From: Eledone cirrhosa
Taxonomy: Eukaryota
Assembly: GCA_964016885.1 (NCBI GenBank)
Contig: OZ024743.1
Location: forward strand, 6,386,001 to 6,450,000
Length of the DNA: 64,000 nt
Direction: 5' to 3'
Shown one piece after another: positions 60,068 through 64,000 of the stretch (within the stretch, counting starts at the first letter, position 1; every line of letters starts with the position of its first letter). The translations under genes and the position numbers were made by a program. Below the pieces are notes generated by a model that saw only the letters and a program-made list of their open reading frames with translations, was not told where the DNA came from and did not search any database.

Positions 60068-60539
60068 GATTCATTTTATATATTTAAAAGAAGTTAAATT
60101 AATGGAGGGAGTCGTTGTTATAGATATTGTTTTTATATCTGATAAACAACTATTCTCTGCATTATTAAAGTAAAAACTTTAAACAAATGAAAACAATTCT
60201 GGATATCTCTGATATTCAAAGATAGTGATATTATAGTTGATGATGACATATGCAAAGATAGGTTCAAGAAGCTGGCATTATTAATAAAAAATATATAGGA
60301 GAGAAAGGAAATGAAAAAAGAAAAAAGAATGTGAAGGTTCCACACATATATGGAAATGTGAAAGAAAGAAAAAAGAGAAAGAGATCAAATGTGTCATTCA
60401 CAGTAGAGTGGTTTCTAGGATGGTGAATGGTCTAAAGGTTGAGTTTTCCAGTTGGCTAGTATATACTTGTCTACATGAGAGCATCTCATTAAAATTCCAT
60501 ATTTAGAATTCAGGCAGTCCTTGAAGGTTTTCAAGCATT

Positions 60540-60745
60540 AGAGAATTTGGATCATTTCTGTTAAGCAAAGTTTGCATTTCTTGGATCCATTGATATAAGA
60601 CTGTGGTTTCTGATGTCATAATCTGTCTTGGCTCACTAATGTCATTTGGGGTTACTTGTCTGTCTTTGAAAGATGGAATATGGTTGTAAAATCTTTGTTT
60701 AACTTTGCTTTCAGCTATGCGTATATATATTTCTTTCACATTTTT
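60540..60745 (-). pseudogene. Penelope-like (Hydra-clade-like) GIY-YIG fragment
   Basis: YIRIAESKVKQRFYNHIPSFK and, in another frame, YINGSKKCKLCLTEMIQI. Confidence 0.65.
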
Positions 60746-62676
60746 CTCCCTTCTATGCACTTCTATTTACTAACCCTTCACCTCTTGTTACCTATTTTCC
60801 TACTAATATCATCAGTTTTGTGAACATGCTGGTGTGTATGGGCCCATGAGCTGTAATGTCACTACCTTTTGATCTAATAGATACCCGTAAATATTTTGTT
60901 TTTTCATAGGTTTTTACTATAATAGATTTAGCTACTTATTTCTAGCTTGAGCAGATCCATGAGAAACCTTCCAATCATGACCATCCATATTTTTGTATAT
61001 TAGAGACTACATTCTCTAATGTATACTTTCATTTTTAAGGTAGTAGGATGTTATTTAAGAAAAATTTGACTGTTATTTCTAGCAGGTTGATGTATTCTTT
61101 TTTAGAATCCTTTATTTGTTTATCCCCAGGTTAGCTTTAATCAAGCAGACCTATAATAAAATATTTATATGCTTACATGATGTTTTAAATTTTAGTATGT
61201 TTATATCATGTTATTAGTGGTAATTTATATGAGACTTTTTGTTATATGTTCACTTGTTCTACAGTTGATATGTATTCTATTAATATAGTACACTTTATGT
61301 GTTATTTGTGTATTTTTAATGGGTCTAATATTGTAAACATTGTGACTTCAACTTTTTTATTGGCCATACAAATATAACACTTTCTCATTGGCTCAACATA
61401 TGAAAAACAATAAAACAAAATCCTACCTCAAGGATGCAAACTATAGTCATGACCAAAGGAGGCCTTTAAGTCTATATCGTTTATATTGATGATTGTATAT
61501 GATCATCAAAACATTAAAAAACTGTACCAACACAAGACCTGTATATTTTGTTGTTGAACTAACCTACAATCTAAATTGTTCAAGCCATAACCATCAGTCT
61601 TTTTTGGAAGGTGGTGTGGATACATATTATCTAATGTATTCTTCTCCTCTTAATACAGTAGAGTGCCTCTTGAGGGAAATTTTGCTGATAACTCTAGCAG
61701 TTTGAGCCACCACACAAAGGCTGTCTCATTCACAATTGACTTGTACTCCCTTGTTGTCTTCTAGTTATTTATTTATTGTACATCAAGCAGGTATAGAGAT
61801 TGGGTTGGTGGCAGAGGCTTTTGAAAATGTCAAGTAGATTTGTTAAGTATTGGAGTATATTTGATAGACTGATTCTGGTGTCTACATAGGCTTCTCGGAA
61901 CAAGAAAATATGTCTGAAACTCTTTAATAAATATGCTTCGTGTTGTTTGCACTTTAAAGGCAAGCAAGAGTGTAAAATTCAACTGTTGCAGTATCCTTGT
62001 GAGGAGCAGTGATCCCTTAAACTATTGATTTTGAAAGACATAAGGATAGAACAATGCCAGATAAATGCATTATATGGCATGTGTGTCATCATATCTAACA
62101 CAAGTCAACAGAAGAGGATATTACTTCAATATTATGAGATTCAAATATTCAAATCATCATCATTGTCATCATTATTATATATGAATAGTTAAACATAGCC
62201 TGGGCCAAAACTGCCTGAAACCTATCAAAGTTATATGTGTGTTGTGTGAGAGAGAGAGAGAGAGAGAAAATGACACAAATAGAAGAATGAAGCAGATGAT
62301 TAAACAACGTGGGAATTTAAATTGAAGCAAACAACAAGTGAAAAAAAGTGAAATGCAAAGACACATGATTAACAGGAAATATACTCAAAAAATAAATATG
62401 TATACAGTGAAAATATTTATGCTGAATAGAAAGGGGAAAAAACGATTTAACATCTCGGGTTAAATCCTTCATCAAAGCAGAGTAAGAGAAGAAAACGATA
62501 AGGAAGAAAATTGTTAGAATAATATCAAGTTGGAGAATATAGATATATGATTATTTTTTTAACCATAATTGTTTTAAATAATTCTAATCATATCATCAAA
62601 ATCTAATAAAATCAGGTTATATGAACATTAGAAATATAATTTCTCTGAAAACTTCTTTATATTATTATTTACACAG

Positions 62677-62785
62677 GTATGTTATTGCTTGGGTACAGCG
62701 TCCCTTTGGATTATGGATAGCACAAGTTATTCTGTCATTTGTAATGCTTTCAAAGTTTATTTTACAACTATATGTTGTACGTAAG
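62677..62785 (+). CDS. KCNT: KCNT/Slo2-like K+ channel, S2 exon
   Basis: tttacacag| ... |gtgaga; 109 bp, phase 2 to 0. (W)YVIAWVQRPFGLWIAQVILSFVMLSKFILQLYVVRK resembles KCNT [37 protein letters not shown]. Confidence 0.85.
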
Positions 62786-64000
62786 GTGAGAATGAAAACT
62801 AAAAACAAAACATTAGTACTAATAGTGTTTTATAGCCTACTAAAAATTATTAAAACACTAAATACTAATTGTTATTGTGATTATTTTATACTAATTAACT
62901 TACTACACGTATTTATATATATTTTTATTATACAGTATTTTACTAAATATTTTGACTTCATGTAAGATTATATTTTAAAATTACTTTTTACTTAGCATAT
63001 TTTCTATTTCTTCAGTTTTATTTCTAAGAATAATATCATGTATTCATTATTTTCTTTTATGATTAAATAATGTTTCAGTTAATAAGTTATATGTTTATGC
63101 TTCAACATAATTAAACTTTTAGTATAAAATGTTTCAGGGGTTAATTGCAATCAGTTGTAAATGTTTTAAAATTTGGCCTACAAAAGGTTTAGGTAATTTT
63201 TATTATTCATACAACTAACAACATATTTTTAGTAAAACTGGCAGGCTTTTAGGTTGCTTTCAGATGTACTGCAGAACTAGATTTAGAAAATAGGATCATT
63301 TTTTAAAATATATATTATCTTCTTTTTTTCTGTGGGTTCATAAAATTCTATCTTTGAACCTTTGGCAATGTAAGATCAAATTGGAAATATTTATTAAATA
63401 TGAAAAATGCATGATTAGACAAACTTACCTACTGTATATAATGTTTCAACTGACTCTTTGCTTGAAGCAAAATAACTGATGTTCTGCAATGTATTTGGAC
63501 TACATTGCTGTATTTGTATATTTTAATTTAATAAAAATTATCAATCTGATGAGGGAAGCAGCACTGTAATTCTGATGAGTTTGCTGTAGTTGGTTTAGTT
63601 TGAACTTCTATAGGTTAGGAATAAGATCCTAGACATCATTCACATACTGAGTGAAGTGGAAGTCATCAAATTGGACCAAGAAAACAATGTTTCCACTGGT
63701 CTTTCCATTGCTGATACTATCTACTGGTAGTAACTTCTGGCAGAAAGAGCAGCATGAAATAAAGTCTCTTGCTCAAGGGCATACCACATCGTCCAGTCTG
63801 GGAATCAAACTGCAACCTTACAATTGCAAATCCAATTCTCTAACCACTAAGTCATGTACCTTCATCTCTATATATTGACATCTGCATAAAAAAAGGGTGT
63901 GGAAGAATTCAAAGGAATTCAAAAGATTATGCTAAATGTATGATCCAGGGGGTGAGACATAGTAGGGATGATGAGAAAAAGAGATGGGTGTGCCTGGTGA

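Noticed and set aside
62445-62475. Hammerhead on the minus strand
   Set aside because: Both boxes are mutated (TTGATGA, GAGA); at most a decayed PLE end.

Overview
AT-rich, repeat-dense animal genomic DNA. The repeat repertoire (a tRNA-derived SINE family, RTE LINEs with (GAT)n tails, abundant (TA)n) looks like an octopus/coleoid cephalopod; this is inference only. One host gene is visible: four short + strand exons (44928-45004, 47318-47414, 56772-56840, 62677-62785) that splice in frame into the N-terminus, S1 and S2 of a KCNT/Slo2-type potassium channel that continues beyond the window. The rest is mostly mobile DNA: a near-full-length RTE LINE with a PHD-type finger inside the RT and one frameshift (34176-37785); 5'-truncated CR1 and CRE LINEs; Vingi-, Tx1- and RTE-like relics; Penelope-like (PLE) RT and GIY-YIG fragments; several (TA)n-inserted PLE ends with hammerhead-ribozyme (HHR) motifs; non-autonomous Helitrons; hAT, piggyBac and pogo-type MITEs; and about 20 SINE copies. 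Four observations stand out. (i) HHR-like motifs with greatly lengthened, covarying stem II, plus a second family with only the CUGAUGA half-core. (ii) A 4.1-kb, 86-unit, 48-bp tandem array grown out of an RTE 3'UTR inside a KCNT intron, with a 768-bp higher-order repeat. (iii) An antisense copy of the RTE start-codon region in its own 3'UTR. (iv) A ~1.9-kb foldback around the N gap that is probably an assembly artefact. All family assignments come from motif recognition by eye, not database searches.
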